The notes under the pieces were generated by a model. That model was not told where the DNA came from. It did not search any database and saw only the letters and a program-made list of their open reading frames with translations. This document shows positions 40,316-51,633 of a stretch of 64,000 nt of DNA, piece after piece. Source of the DNA: Octopus bimaculoides. Taxonomy: Eukaryota. Within the stretch, counting starts at the first letter, position 1. Each line of letters begins with the position of its first letter. The stretch covers positions 28,389,498 to 28,453,497 of the forward strand of contig NC_068998.1 of the NCBI RefSeq assembly GCF_001194135.2, given 5' to 3'. The position numbers and the translations under genes were made by a program.

Positions 40316-40490
40316 ATGCTTAGCGGTATTTCGCCTGTCTTTACGTTCTGAGTTCAAATTCCGCCGAGGTTGACTTTGCCTTTCATCCTTTCGGGGTCGA
40401 TAAATTAAGTACTAGTTGCGTACTGGAGTCGATCTAATCGACTGGTCCCCTTCCCAAAAATTTAGGGCCTTATGCCTAGAGTAAAAAAAA
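40316..40490 (+). mobile_element. Family A SINE, 5'-truncated
   Basis: ATGCTTAGCGGTATTTCG..CATCCTTTCGGGGTCGATAAATTAAGTAC..GCCTTATGCCTAGAGT followed by an A-tail. Confidence 0.85.
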
Positions 40491-41029
40491 AAATTTCTTT
40501 TACTTATATAATTTGCCTCTGATTAACCAAAGTTAATTTTCTGAGGAGACAATTTGATCTCAGTATCATATTGGTACACTCCGAGATATCAAACATCCTA
40601 AATTTTTGTCTTGATCATTTCCTTTCCTCATATTTGATAATCGACTATTTCAAATTATGACAATTTAGATCATATTTTACATAAACATATTGAATAATTA
40701 ATGGCTTTCAGTGTTGTAAAGAGAAATCAGGGAACACATGAACATCAGCGAAGCAAATTTTAGTCTTTCTCACAAAGCAATTATCAAGCGAAAATTTAAA
40801 TAATACTTTTTTTTTTTTTTTACATCAGTAACATGTTGTTTTGTCGTGTTTTACTGTTTGGTAGATTTTATTGTTTTCCAGATGGATGCTGGTAAATATC
40901 CAGATGAATTTTATGAACGGTTTTCTATTTTTGTATCAAGAAATTGCAAAACTGTTTAAAACAGTAATCTCTTTATCAGAGCGCTGAAATATAAACACTA
41001 AATATTACATACTGCTTTCCGAAGGGGTG

Positions 41030-41800
41030 TCTGTGTGTTTGGAAAATACCATTAAAAAAAAAAAAGAAACTCTAATTGTTCTTACTATATATGTGTCGGA
41101 AGAAAATTGTTCATAATCTGTGGAAACTCTTGTGAGACAGAAGATAAGGGGAATGTATTTATCATAATGCTTGAAAATTTAGAGATTAGCGGCAGATGGA
41201 AACAATTAGAGGTAAATAAGGAGTTCGGTGGAAAACTGGTTATCAGACAGAAAAACTGGATGAGCAAATTAGTGAGAGAAACTATTAAAGTTGTAGTTAA
41301 TTATGGGTAATGGAGAATTGTAGGTATAAATTTCAAATATGATGCGTCATTATAGAAGAGTGACGCCAAGCGAGTTCTAAAGATGATCAATAAGAAATGT
41401 TTTATCATTCAATTGCATTATCTTGATCCTGACCTAAGATTTCTGGAAAAGTCCTATATCGATGATGGCTTTTGTTGAGCATTAACAAATAGTGAGAACT
41501 TTTCTTCATATGGGAATTATCGATATTAGAGGACTGCGTCGGATTATCTTGGTCGCAGAGTGCTTATAACCTTTGAAGGCCCTCCTAGGCTTGTGAGATT
41601 GATGCTGTTGATTAATATAACGTTTGTATCAGAATGTTGACATGAATGTGAAGGGCATTTGTTCAAAGGATCTCTATCAATATTCTTATCATAATAAATG
41701 CCCACATCAATGTCTCTATCAAGATCTAAAGTAAGGCGCTATAGCATAGTAACGTGTCAACAACGAAAACACCTATGACAGCCTATTCTATAATCTCTAT
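41030..41800 (-). mobile_element. Possible very decayed Penelope-like RT
   Basis: Minus-strand GGLQRL*AL (~41560-41590) aligns loosely with the GGLYRD motif of the 8345-9200 element. Little else is readable. Confidence 0.25.
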
Positions 41801-42183
41801 AGACACTCCCCAACAGTTAATAATGCGAAGATAAAATCTTCAGTGAACTGTAAATAATTTCTCTAAAATCTTTTAATAATTTATTTCGTAAAAATGTAAA
41901 ATATGTACTCGCTAAAATGAACACAGAAATTAATTGTCAATAGAAATATTTGACAATGAAATGCCAAAGATATCACAATAATTTTGGTGATAACTAGCGT
42001 CTGATTATTTACATAAGTATTTTTATTTATTTATGTGTTTCAGCATGGCTGCGGCCATGCTGGTGCGTCAATTTTTCTTAGTTTTGTCCGAAACAATTTG
42101 TATTCTTGTTAAAAGAGTTACAAAGAAATAATGAGCTTATTCATAATAGAATAGAGGAGAAATATTTACTTTGTTACTATCAC

Positions 42184-42578
42184 TAGGCGTAGGAGTGGTA
42201 AGTAACTTGCTTACCAACCACATGGTCCCGGGTTCAGTCCCACTGCGTGGCATCTTGGGCAAATGTCTTCTACTATAGCCTCGGGCCGACCAAAGCCTTG
42301 TGAGTGGATTTGGTAGACGGAAACTGAAAGAAGCCCGTCGTATATATGTATGTGTGTATGTGTTTGTGTGTCTGTTTGTCCCCCCCCCCCAACATTGCTT
42401 GACAACCGATGCTGGTGTGTTTATGTCCCCGTAACTTAGTGGTTCGGCAATAGAGACCGATAGAATAAGTACTAGGCTTCTAAAAGAATAAGTCCTGGTG
42501 TCGATTTGCTCGACTAAAGGTGGTGCTCCAGCATGGCCACAGTCAAAAGACTGAAACAAGTAATAGAGTAATAGAGTA
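42184..42578 (+). mobile_element. Full family B SINE with (AATAGAGT)n-type tail
   Basis: tRNA-like head, CORE-like CATCTTGGGCAAATGTCTTC, internal TG tract, and 3' GGTGCTCCAGCATGGCCACAGTCAAAAGACTGAAACAAG plus short tandem tail. Confidence 0.9.
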
Positions 42579-43489
42579 TCACTGCTGAAGTAGTCGGTTT
42601 AATAACTAGGAGCTCCAAATATATTGCAAAAGCGCTTCCAGCCAGTTGACATATGATATAACATTACACCGTCTCATCTGGCCATGTGATATTTTCTTCA
42701 CATTAAGTTTTTGTATGTTTCTAAATTCTGATGAAGCTTTTGGAAAAGGCGAATACGATGAAATGGTAAAGCGAAACATTTGCTCTTCTCTACATCGTAG
42801 TTTTAGAAACTAATGATGCTGTTACTATTTTCTTTGTGTATATTTCTATGGACTGAGCAGAAAAATAATGTTATTATGTTTATGTTACAGTAAATGAGTC
42901 TGGATGTTTAGAAGTAATTGTATAGGAACCATGTGGGTAGCATCTTGCGGAATAGAACGAGGTGCCCTTGCATGTCCTGGTCGCCTTTAGTTTTATGTTT
43001 TTTGTTATTATGGAGATAGTCTGTGATCGGTTCAGCCAGTTTTCCGAAGTGTTATGTTCTGGTGTTCTTGAAGTGTGTTGCGATTTATTATAGTGTGACT
43101 AAAGCCAAGTAATACTGGCAAAATCTATGATGGATCTCATACAGAGTACCGATGCAAAGTAGTGCTATTTAATTTGCTTTTTTTCGCCATGCTTTCAACG
43201 TGTAATCAAGCAGGTAATACGTCAGTAGATTCTCGATTAACTGCGTCGCTTCTTATATATTATGATTCCACTTAGTTGAGGAGCATATTACGTATTGCAG
43301 CATGCAGTAGTTGATCGTATGGGAAATAAAGTGGTATTCTCTCTGCTGTCTGCTATATTTCTGTTCACCTGTTAGGTTTGATGGGTGTCAGCAAAGTTGA
43401 CATGGTCTCGTGACAGTTACTGCTTCTCTGTTCCTATTGCTGGTGATATGCATCCCTGCACAGTGACTAGGCTAATGTTATAATTGATA

Positions 43490-43911
43490 CGAGATGCGTT
43501 CAAAAAGAACCCGACTTTATTTTCCACCGCTAAAACAAATGCCGTACGGGCAAAATCCTTTGGGTGCGCATGCATGAAAATTTTCGTGCCGGTAGGCCGC
43601 ATCAGTTCCCGGCTGTTACGCCTAGAGTACGGACGTCTATGCGCCCTCGTCGGATTTTCGTTTTCATGAAAGATAACCGAATGCATCTAACAGAGACCAT
43701 AAACCCCGTGTCTAATCATCGGTGATGATGGTCTTCATGTAGTCAGGGTCGTGGTTTGTACAGTCCAGCATGTCTTAAGCAGTTTACATGCGGAGTTGCT
43801 TCTGCAAGTTTATGAAGGGTGACGTTGCCTCCCACCCAAAACTCTTTACCCACGCGACATTTGTTTTTGCGGGTTAAAAAATAAAGTCGGATACTTTTTG
43901 AACGCACCACG
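43490..43911 (-). mobile_element. Internally deleted mariner element
   Basis: TA-flanked inverted ends CGAGATGCGTTCAAAAAGAACCCGAC and GTCGGATACTTTTTGAACGCACCACG. Minus-strand remnant DMLDCTNHDPDYMKTIITDD resembles the region around the first catalytic Asp (ITGDE) of mariners. Confidence 0.85.
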
Positions 43912-43929
43912 TATTATTTTATTGCGAAT

Positions 43930-44450
43930 ATATTTTTTGAAGGTTTAATGCAGTTGGATCATGCATTTATAATGAAAATTAGACAGTCCACAAAAAATTG
44001 CAGGATGTGTCATCCACACCTTTACCTATTTCGAAAATATACCGTTGTATTATATCATTGCACAAAGGAATTTATTGATTATGCTAGTTTCTGGTATGTG
44101 CAACATACTATGTGACTCCTTACTTAACTTCTGGTAGGACCAATTCTTCACCAATTGTATTAGGCGTTCTGGATTTCACAATCGCTAATGAAGTTTTGTA
44201 AGAGGCGCATAACCATAATATCTTTACACTGGTAGAATTAAAACATACTTGACATTGTCAGCTGTTTACAAAATTAGCCTGGAAATGCTTCAAAATAAGA
44301 TGGATCTTATTTGTCTTGTCAGCATGAACGTTTTTCAAGTGCTTTTCTAATCTTGAATGTTTCATGAATTCATTGGAAAGTACTTATTGGCAATTCAGGC
44401 AAATAACTTGTTTCTAAGTGATGGAATAAAACCTTAAATTTAATATTCGA
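43930..44450 (-). mobile_element. hAT Charlie-type transposase N-terminal remnant
   Basis: Minus-strand VLSNEFMKHSRLEKHL (SNEAMKPSxL-type), GLCASYKTSLAIVKSRTPNTIGEELVLP, and a decayed FSLQxDES region. Confidence 0.75.
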
Positions 44451-44869
44451 TACGTTATAGCCAGAATTTTTTCTTAGATTCTGCTGTTGCTCAATGTGTA
44501 AAAAATATATCATAACAGATATATAAATTGTTTATTTTTTATAATATTAATTAAATTATGCTATCACAATATTCAATGTAGACGACAGTTATATAAGGAC
44601 TAATAATTTGTATTTTGTTCTATTTATTCATTTCTCTTTACCCTCCAACATTTACTACCACAACCTTGCTTTGCAATGTCATTCTTGTGTCTTCCAGCGA
44701 CCCAAAGGCTTGTATGTATGTATGTAGGTAGGCAGACAGGCAGGCAGGCAGATATTCATGTGCACCACATATACGTGTTAATGTGTGCGCGCGTATAACT
44801 ACACGTGAACACGTGCATATCACGTGCATATACGTATGTACAAAGCACACACATATACATCTGCACCCC

Positions 44870-46000
44870 TGACAGCACACACAGCTGGAAGGATGACAAC
44901 ATTATATATTTCAATTTCGGTATCAATGCGAATACCATGGTTGTTCCACATTCTGTGCCGAAATTTTCCAAAAGCTGCACCGCTTTGCTAATATGAGATT
45001 GCATTTCAACATCAATGCAGGCACTTGAGAACTGTGCACTTCCAGGATATTTAAGATAATTTACATATTTTAGCTCAGTCTTACATTCCCAGAGTTATGT
45101 CTTAGGACAGGTTGATGCAATACTTGTTTCTTCAGTGCATTACAGTGCAGTGAGGCGAAGGTTGTTGCAGGCTTTTGGGAACTGATACAGGGCTAATCTT
45201 GCGCAAGCAATCCATAACCATCTTTAAACAACAGTTTACAGTTATTTAAATGCTTAAATTTGGTTTTTGCTTACAGTGTGCGAAGATTAAACACTCTGCT
45301 GTTATATCACGGCTTAATGTCAATTCAGGTGGAAGTGTTCTGACAGAAAAAAAATGATGTTGAAAAGGTCAGGTGCTAAGATGCCTCCTTGTTTTACAGC
45401 ATTTGTGACAGAATATTGTACATATATGTTTCCATTATGCCTAACACTCCCATGTTTTTGTATATGGTGCGCCAATTTCATGATGTACAAACACGGGTGG
45501 ACAACCCCTTTCAAAACGGAATCAACATCGGCTCTCAGGCAGGTGATTGTTAATGGTAGTAGGGTGAACGAGGCGATTCAATAGTTGAAAAGAAGTAAAC
45601 ACCTCTGTTATTGTCGCATGACTCTCTGTTACCCTTGTTCTTGTATAGGTGAATGAGTGTAGCATTCTTGAACTCTTGGGGATGGCACCTGCTGACCACA
45701 CGAAGGCAAATAGCTCAGTTTTTGAATGAGCATCTCACCACCAGAGGCATATACATATTTCAATAGAAATAAAGTTTGTATGTGGTGCTTATTAATGGAC
45801 AATGACCTTATAGCTCCACTGCGTCCAAGAACTGTGTTCATGGGAATCTGCACCAGATTGTCAATAGCTTTCTCATTTACGTTGGACTGTATGCTAAGAA
45901 CGTTCAGAACAAGTTCAACTCATTTTTCATGTATAAGCTTCTTTGTGCTTTTCCATTTGCCGAGAGAAGGGGCAAAACACTCACGCACGCTTTGAAAAAA
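44870..46000 (-). mobile_element. Decayed RTE-clade LINE RT fragment
   Basis: Minus-strand NATLIHLYKNKGNRESCDNNRG (~45600-45670) and NAVKQGGILAPDLFNI (~45350-45400). Confidence 0.75.
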
Positions 46001-48200
46001 TTAATTCGTGCATTTTTTGTGCTCCCTAAATTTTCCAGTTATTTTTTGTATACATATCCTTGAGTAATACAAACTCTTGAGTAATATTCAGGGATAGGAA
46101 ATTGGAACGAATTCGAGTTGGGAAAATATTTTTCATAAACTGAAATCGAACAAGTGTATCATTTAAGTTCTAAATGCTGCTATTTGAACTCAAATCGATG
46201 AAAAATATTGCTTGTTGCTTTTGTCTAGCCCTGATCAACCGTTCTAATCATGGTCATCATCCCATCAGACATAGTGTCCAACATTATGGCACACAGAACA
46301 TAGTATAGTAGACTATATGACATTGTATTACATTATAGTGCTAACATATCAGTAAGTCCTACGCTTTCTTTTTAAGACAACAGTATTATTTGAAGGAAAT
46401 TTGTCTGCTACTTCTAGCAAGTATATCGACCACGTATAGGCATCTCTTAGTTTGTATCCCGGGTTTTCCCAAGTAACTTTGGGATGATATTCTATTTAGC
46501 AAATCATTTTTATGTTGGAGCTTATTGTCATTTTGACTTCTACTCGGATAACTAATACATTCCTCCGCTAACTATTGATTTGATCTCCTTTGCCTACACG
46601 GATCCATGAATGATCATAAAATTGCTCATTTCTGGATCAGAACTATGTTCCTCTAATGTCAGCTTGTGTTTTAATCTATATTTACTAAAAACTGATTATC
46701 AAATTGTTAAAACATTAAGATATTTTTTCGCAAAAAGATGCTTTTATAAAATATTTCTTAAAAAGACGACATCAGTTTTTAGACGTTTTAATTAACTCAC
46801 TAAATCTGAATCATTTTATATGTCATAGTTAAACCTGAATAATGAAGACGCATCGACTATAAAATGATATTTCAAACAATATTCTGTTACGAACATTTCA
46901 TGCTGTAAAATAAAATACATTTCAACACATTTTCTTCTCTTTATTGAAGTGTGGCCTACATCGATATGTATTACAATATATCAGTTTTCCTTTCTGCTTA
47001 TTGTTTAATGTATTTGTGGGTTTTCTAGAAATAGTTTAAAACATGTCAAGGGTAACTGAAAAATACTATTTTGGCTATGCGTTACAGGAAAATTATGATT
47101 TAGATTGACTTGTTTAGTAATTTTATAAATTAACGTCTGATAGATCATTTCCTATTTACACAGTATGGAAATGGATTTTTCCAACTTTATCTATTTTACT
47201 GTCTTAAAGTTTAACAACAGCTTACAACTTATGATTATAGTTACTTTTCAACGGTATCTGCTACATACTTATATAGGAAAGCTTTTAAAATATAACTCTT
47301 CAACTGAACAATAGTTTTACCAATATCGTGTTTTATAGCGAATATATATGTAAGGAGCGTTTCGAAAAATATCATCACAAGAAGCTAATTTACAGTTTGT
47401 AATTCCGTATGAATACTGTGATCTCGGAATTGCTTTGCACAATTTAATGCTTTCTAATTGTTTAGATTTTGGTTTAATATTTAATGTGATTCTATTTCAA
47501 TTTGCTGTACACAATACACCTTAGCTTTACCATATTAAGAAATACTTTTACCTTGCACGTCTTGTACTGTCTCTAAGGTTGTGAGAAACAAGCAGTAGCT
47601 AAAAAATAATGATAAAAGTAATAAAAATAGATTAGTAAATCTAACATTCCTCAAGTTAAAAGAATTTCAAGAACATGTGGAGATACAGACTGAAGACAAA
47701 ATAAGTTGCCAAACGCTGTTTCAACACAAATTACTTATAATTTTCAAAGAATTATATTGCCATAAAAATTCATTTTCATTAATATCTAAAAATGAATAAT
47801 TGTATAAATAAAGGGCCTCAATTGACAATCAATTTACATCGCAACTGAAATCGTTATTATTTATTTTTATAAATTTCAACTTGAAATTGAATATCTAATT
47901 TCTTTTTCTTCAATTAACACCTATGACTGCACGTTGTTATCTGCATTGGTTCTATTTTAGTAACTGCGGTTAGATATTTCTTTGTGAAAAATATACATAC
48001 ACAAAAGTAATGTCTTCTTGCTCCATACATATAGCAACAGATAGCTAAAGAAGGTTTGCAATTTTTTGATGCTTTAAATTATCGACCCCGAAAGGATGGA
48101 CGGTAAAGTCGGCTACGGCAGGATTTGAGCTTAAAGCATGCAGAGCCGGAACTAGTAACAGATGCTGGCATCTCATTTGATCTGTTTATTTTTAGCTCCA

Positions 48201-49025
48201 GAAGGGCAGCGAGCTGGCAGAATCGTTAGCACGCCGGGCGAAATGCTTAGCGATATTTTGTCTGTCTTTACATTCTGAGTTCAAATTCCGCTGAGGTCGA
48301 CTTTGCCTTTTATTCTTTCGGGGTCGATAAATTAAGTACCAGTTGCGTACTGGGTCGATCTAATCGACTGATCCTCACCCCCAAAATTTCGGGCCTTGTG
48401 CCTAGAGCAGAAAAGAATATTTAGCTACAGAAGGGCGGCGAGCTGGCAGAATCATTAGCACGCCGGGCGAAATGCTTAGCGGTATTTCGCCTACCGTTAT
48501 GTTCTGAGTTCAAATTCCGCCGAGGTCGACTTTGCCTTTCATCCTTTCGGGGTCGATTAAATAAGTACCAGTTACGCACTGGGGTCGATATAATCGACTT
48601 AATCCGTTTGTCTGTCTTTGTTTGTCCCCTCTGTGTATAGCTCCTTGTGGGCAGTAAAGAAATAGGTATTTCGCCTCCCTTTACGTTCTGCTACCGAACT
48701 CGACTTTGCCTTACATCATTTTAGGGTCGATAAAATAAGTACCACTCGAGTATTAGGATCGATGCAATCGACTTCCTTCCCCACCAACATTGCTGGTCTT
48801 GTGCCAAAATTTGAAATCAATATTTAGCTCCACAAAGCGGTGAGATGGCAGAATCGTAATAGGCCGGGCAAAATACTTGGTGGCATTTCGTCCATCTTTA
48901 CGTTCTGAATTTAAATTCTTTCGGAGTTGATAAAGTAAATACGATTTGAACACTGGGTTCGACGTAATCAACTAGCTCCCTCCCCTGAATTTGCTGGCCT
49001 TGTGCCAAAATTTGAAACCAATATT
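48201..49025 (+). mobile_element. Head-to-tail array of four family A SINEs
   Basis: Units ~48201-48420, 48430-48663, 48664-48824 (5'-truncated) and 48835-49025, with three different 3' tails. An inverted partial copy lies at ~48078-48150. Confidence 0.9.
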
Positions 49026-49095
49026 TAGCTGTTCACTAGAAATATATATGTTTATGAGAGCTTGACAGGCATCTTCAGCCAGCTGGTCGTGCTAC

Positions 49096-49138
49096 TTCAG
49101 GCTGATGACGAGCAAAGACTCAGAAACATGTCCCTGAA
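49096..49138 (+). ncRNA. Minimal type I hammerhead ribozyme motif
   Basis: TTCAGG-CTGATGA-CGAG-caaaga-CTCA-GAAA-CATG-TC-CCTGAA: perfect 6-bp stem I, both core boxes, palindromic stem III (ACATGT), and a GUC triplet ending at 49132. The stem II closing pair is C-A, not the usual purine-pyrimidine. Confidence 0.7.
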
Positions 49139-49895
49139 TGCAGGCTAGGCTGGGTGGAGGTGCTTGTCTCCCCCTCATAAACATAAGGACACAGGAAATG
49201 TGTCAAGGCCGACAGGAAGCGGTCCAGCTTCCTAGGGCTAAATAGCAGCGGTATGATTCCCTTATTGGGACTGTCATTTTAAGTTGACAGTATACAACTG
49301 CTTTATATATGTGTGTGTGTGTGTGTGTGTNNNNNNNNNNNNNNNNNNNNNNNNNNNNNNNNNNNNNNNNNNNNNNNNNNNNNNNNNNNNNNNNNNNNNN
49401 NNNNNNNNNNNNNNNNNNNNNNNNNNNNNNNNNNNNNNNNNNNNNNNNNNNNNNNNNNNNNNNNNNNNNNNNNNNNNNNNNNNNNNNNNNNNNNNNNNNN
49501 NNNNNNNNNNNNNNNNNNNNNNNNNNNNNNNNNNNNNNNNNNNNNNNNNNNNNNNNNNNNNNNNNNNNNNNNNNNNNTATATATATATATATATATATGT
49601 TTTAGTGAATGACGGTATGGGATTTTTTTTCTGCAGAAACGATATCTGCGATGTTGAAAATCTTGAATGCTGAAGACAGTTTTTAAAACAGCTATTGATA
49701 CATGTTAAGGTATGATGATGCAAAACTAAAATGAACGTTTGAAAAGAAAAAAAAAATCGAAGAAATTGTTCGTTGTAATTATTGACCTTTTGAATGATCT
49801 TCACAATGGATCTTAGTTTTGGCCGAGTGTTATTCATAATCCCACGTCCAGGTGAAAAAAAAAAAAATCCAAACCTGTTAATATTACCTGAATTC

Positions 49896-50012
49896 AAGGC
49901 GGCGAGCTGGCAGAATCGTTAGAACGCCGGGGAAAATGCTTAGCAACATTTTTTTGTCTGTTTTAACGTTCTGAATTCAAATTCCGCCGAGGTCGACTTT
50001 ACCTCATCCTTT
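49896..50012 (+). mobile_element. Family A SINE, 3'-truncated
   Basis: AAGGCGGCGAGCTGGCAGAATCGTTAG..GAGGTCGACTTTACCTCATCCTTT. Confidence 0.8.
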
Positions 50013-50694
50013 GCTGGGATCTGAAGAAGGTGAAGAACTTCACAGGCCCGTGTAGCTGACAACAGGATACAAACGACTGTAATACGTGTGCATCAAGAGA
50101 GGACAAACAACATCGTTTGGATAAAAAAGAAAAATACACTGTTGCTAAAAAAAGAATGAGAACGACAACTAAAGCAGATGGTGTTTAAGCAGACAGTACA
50201 ACAGTGTAAACCGAAGTACAGGCCGCAAGAAATATTAATTCGCTGATACTTGTTTTTTCCCTATGACCCCAAGTAGAATGGTTGCAGTAACTCACTAATC
50301 ACCTTTAGAAAAATGAACAAATGCTGTAAACACTGTAGTACCAAAGATCCTACATAAGCACGAATTCTATGTTGTTCAGGAGGCAAAGTCATAACAGCAT
50401 GGAAAGAATAAAAAATGACAAAAAAAGAACCTCTTTTTCTTTGATACTTGCACGAGCAAGACATTCCTTATTAACTTCATGCATTCTCAATTTCGTTAAA
50501 AGTAGCGTATTGTCCTTGCTGCAGCAATGTGTCTGCACACTTTTTGGTTAAAACACATCTAGACAACACACGGCATGAACAATCACCATGGAACATCGAG
50601 AACACATTCAAACGCAAAGATATAAGATGATGAATTAGACTGAAGCAAAAATGAGTCACAAACGACCAGTTAAAACCTTGGATTAGGCAATGCT

Positions 50695-50770
50695 GATAGA
50701 CAAGACACGATAGACAAGACACGTATAACAAGTGTTGTTGATAGACAAGACACGTATAACAAGTGTTGTT
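50695..50770. repeat. Local tandem duplication (14 bp plus 2 x 31 bp)
   Basis: GATAGACAAGACAC followed by two exact copies of GATAGACAAGACACGTATAACAAGTGTTGTT (50709-50739 and 50740-50770). Confidence 0.9.
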
Positions 50771-51026
50771 GATTTCGGACGAACCCTGCTTGTAATTTCT
50801 AGACAGGCCCGAGCTGATCAGATCAAAGCATGGCTGAAAACCTCTTATCTCTGATCCTGCGTTGAATGACTGACCTTTACGAATGCGTTTCATTGGTAAT
50901 AATGTTTTTTGTGAGTTCACTACTCAACTATTCAAAGTGGGAAGTTCACTTCCTGAAACGAACTGCAACAACTTAATACAATCGTAATTCAGCTATATCA
51001 CTGAAACAGAACAGAATCTGATAGTT

Positions 51027-51633
51027 TTGAAATCTGAGATCACACTGAGCAATCTTAACTCTGAGAAATGCTGCTTTGAGAGAGATCAGCATAAACCTAC
51101 TGGACACGCTGGAGGGGAGAGACGTTGCAAATCAATAGACATGGTTACTTCGCTGGACCAAGTTTCAAATTGTACAACTGAATTTCTGAACAGCCTCGAA
51201 CCAGCTTTGGCACAAAGCGTACAAGATGCCGCACTAAAGCCAACTTATTTGCTATTTGAAATCCAAAAGCTTCAATTTCCTGTTAGACTCAGTTTCGCCA
51301 CAATAATCAAAGATAATCATTGAAAGTTGCTGGACTGAATCTGTCAGACTGTCTTTGCACATGGTCAGCTTTATGCTACTTCTGCTAGTGCTTGTAACAA
51401 TGATTGTCTCTTCATCGTAGCATCATATCACATAACCAAGAATATTGTTTATCCCTAGGTTTTGGAAGATCAAATAAGTGACACGATATTTCTACTGTAA
51501 TTCCTACGTCAATGACAATATACAGATCCTAATTGCTTTGAATGTATGTTGAAATCTCTATATTACTCTTTGTTGAGGAGTGAACAGATACCCTCGCACG
51601 TGCACGTGACTGTCAGCGGACTGGACGAGCTAG
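51027..51633 (+). mobile_element. Helitron 3' remnant (helicase C-terminus plus CTAG end)
   Basis: TTEFLNSLEP, LQFPVRLSFA, VFAHGQLY and TKNIVYP motifs. Palindrome CACGTGCACGTG (51597-51608) followed by CTAG at 51630-51633 and then T. Confidence 0.8.

Noticed and set aside
42728-42760. CTGATGA-AGCTTTT..AAAAGGC-GAAT hammerhead-like string
   Set aside because: The GAAA box is broken and there is no stem III, cleavage triplet or stem I.
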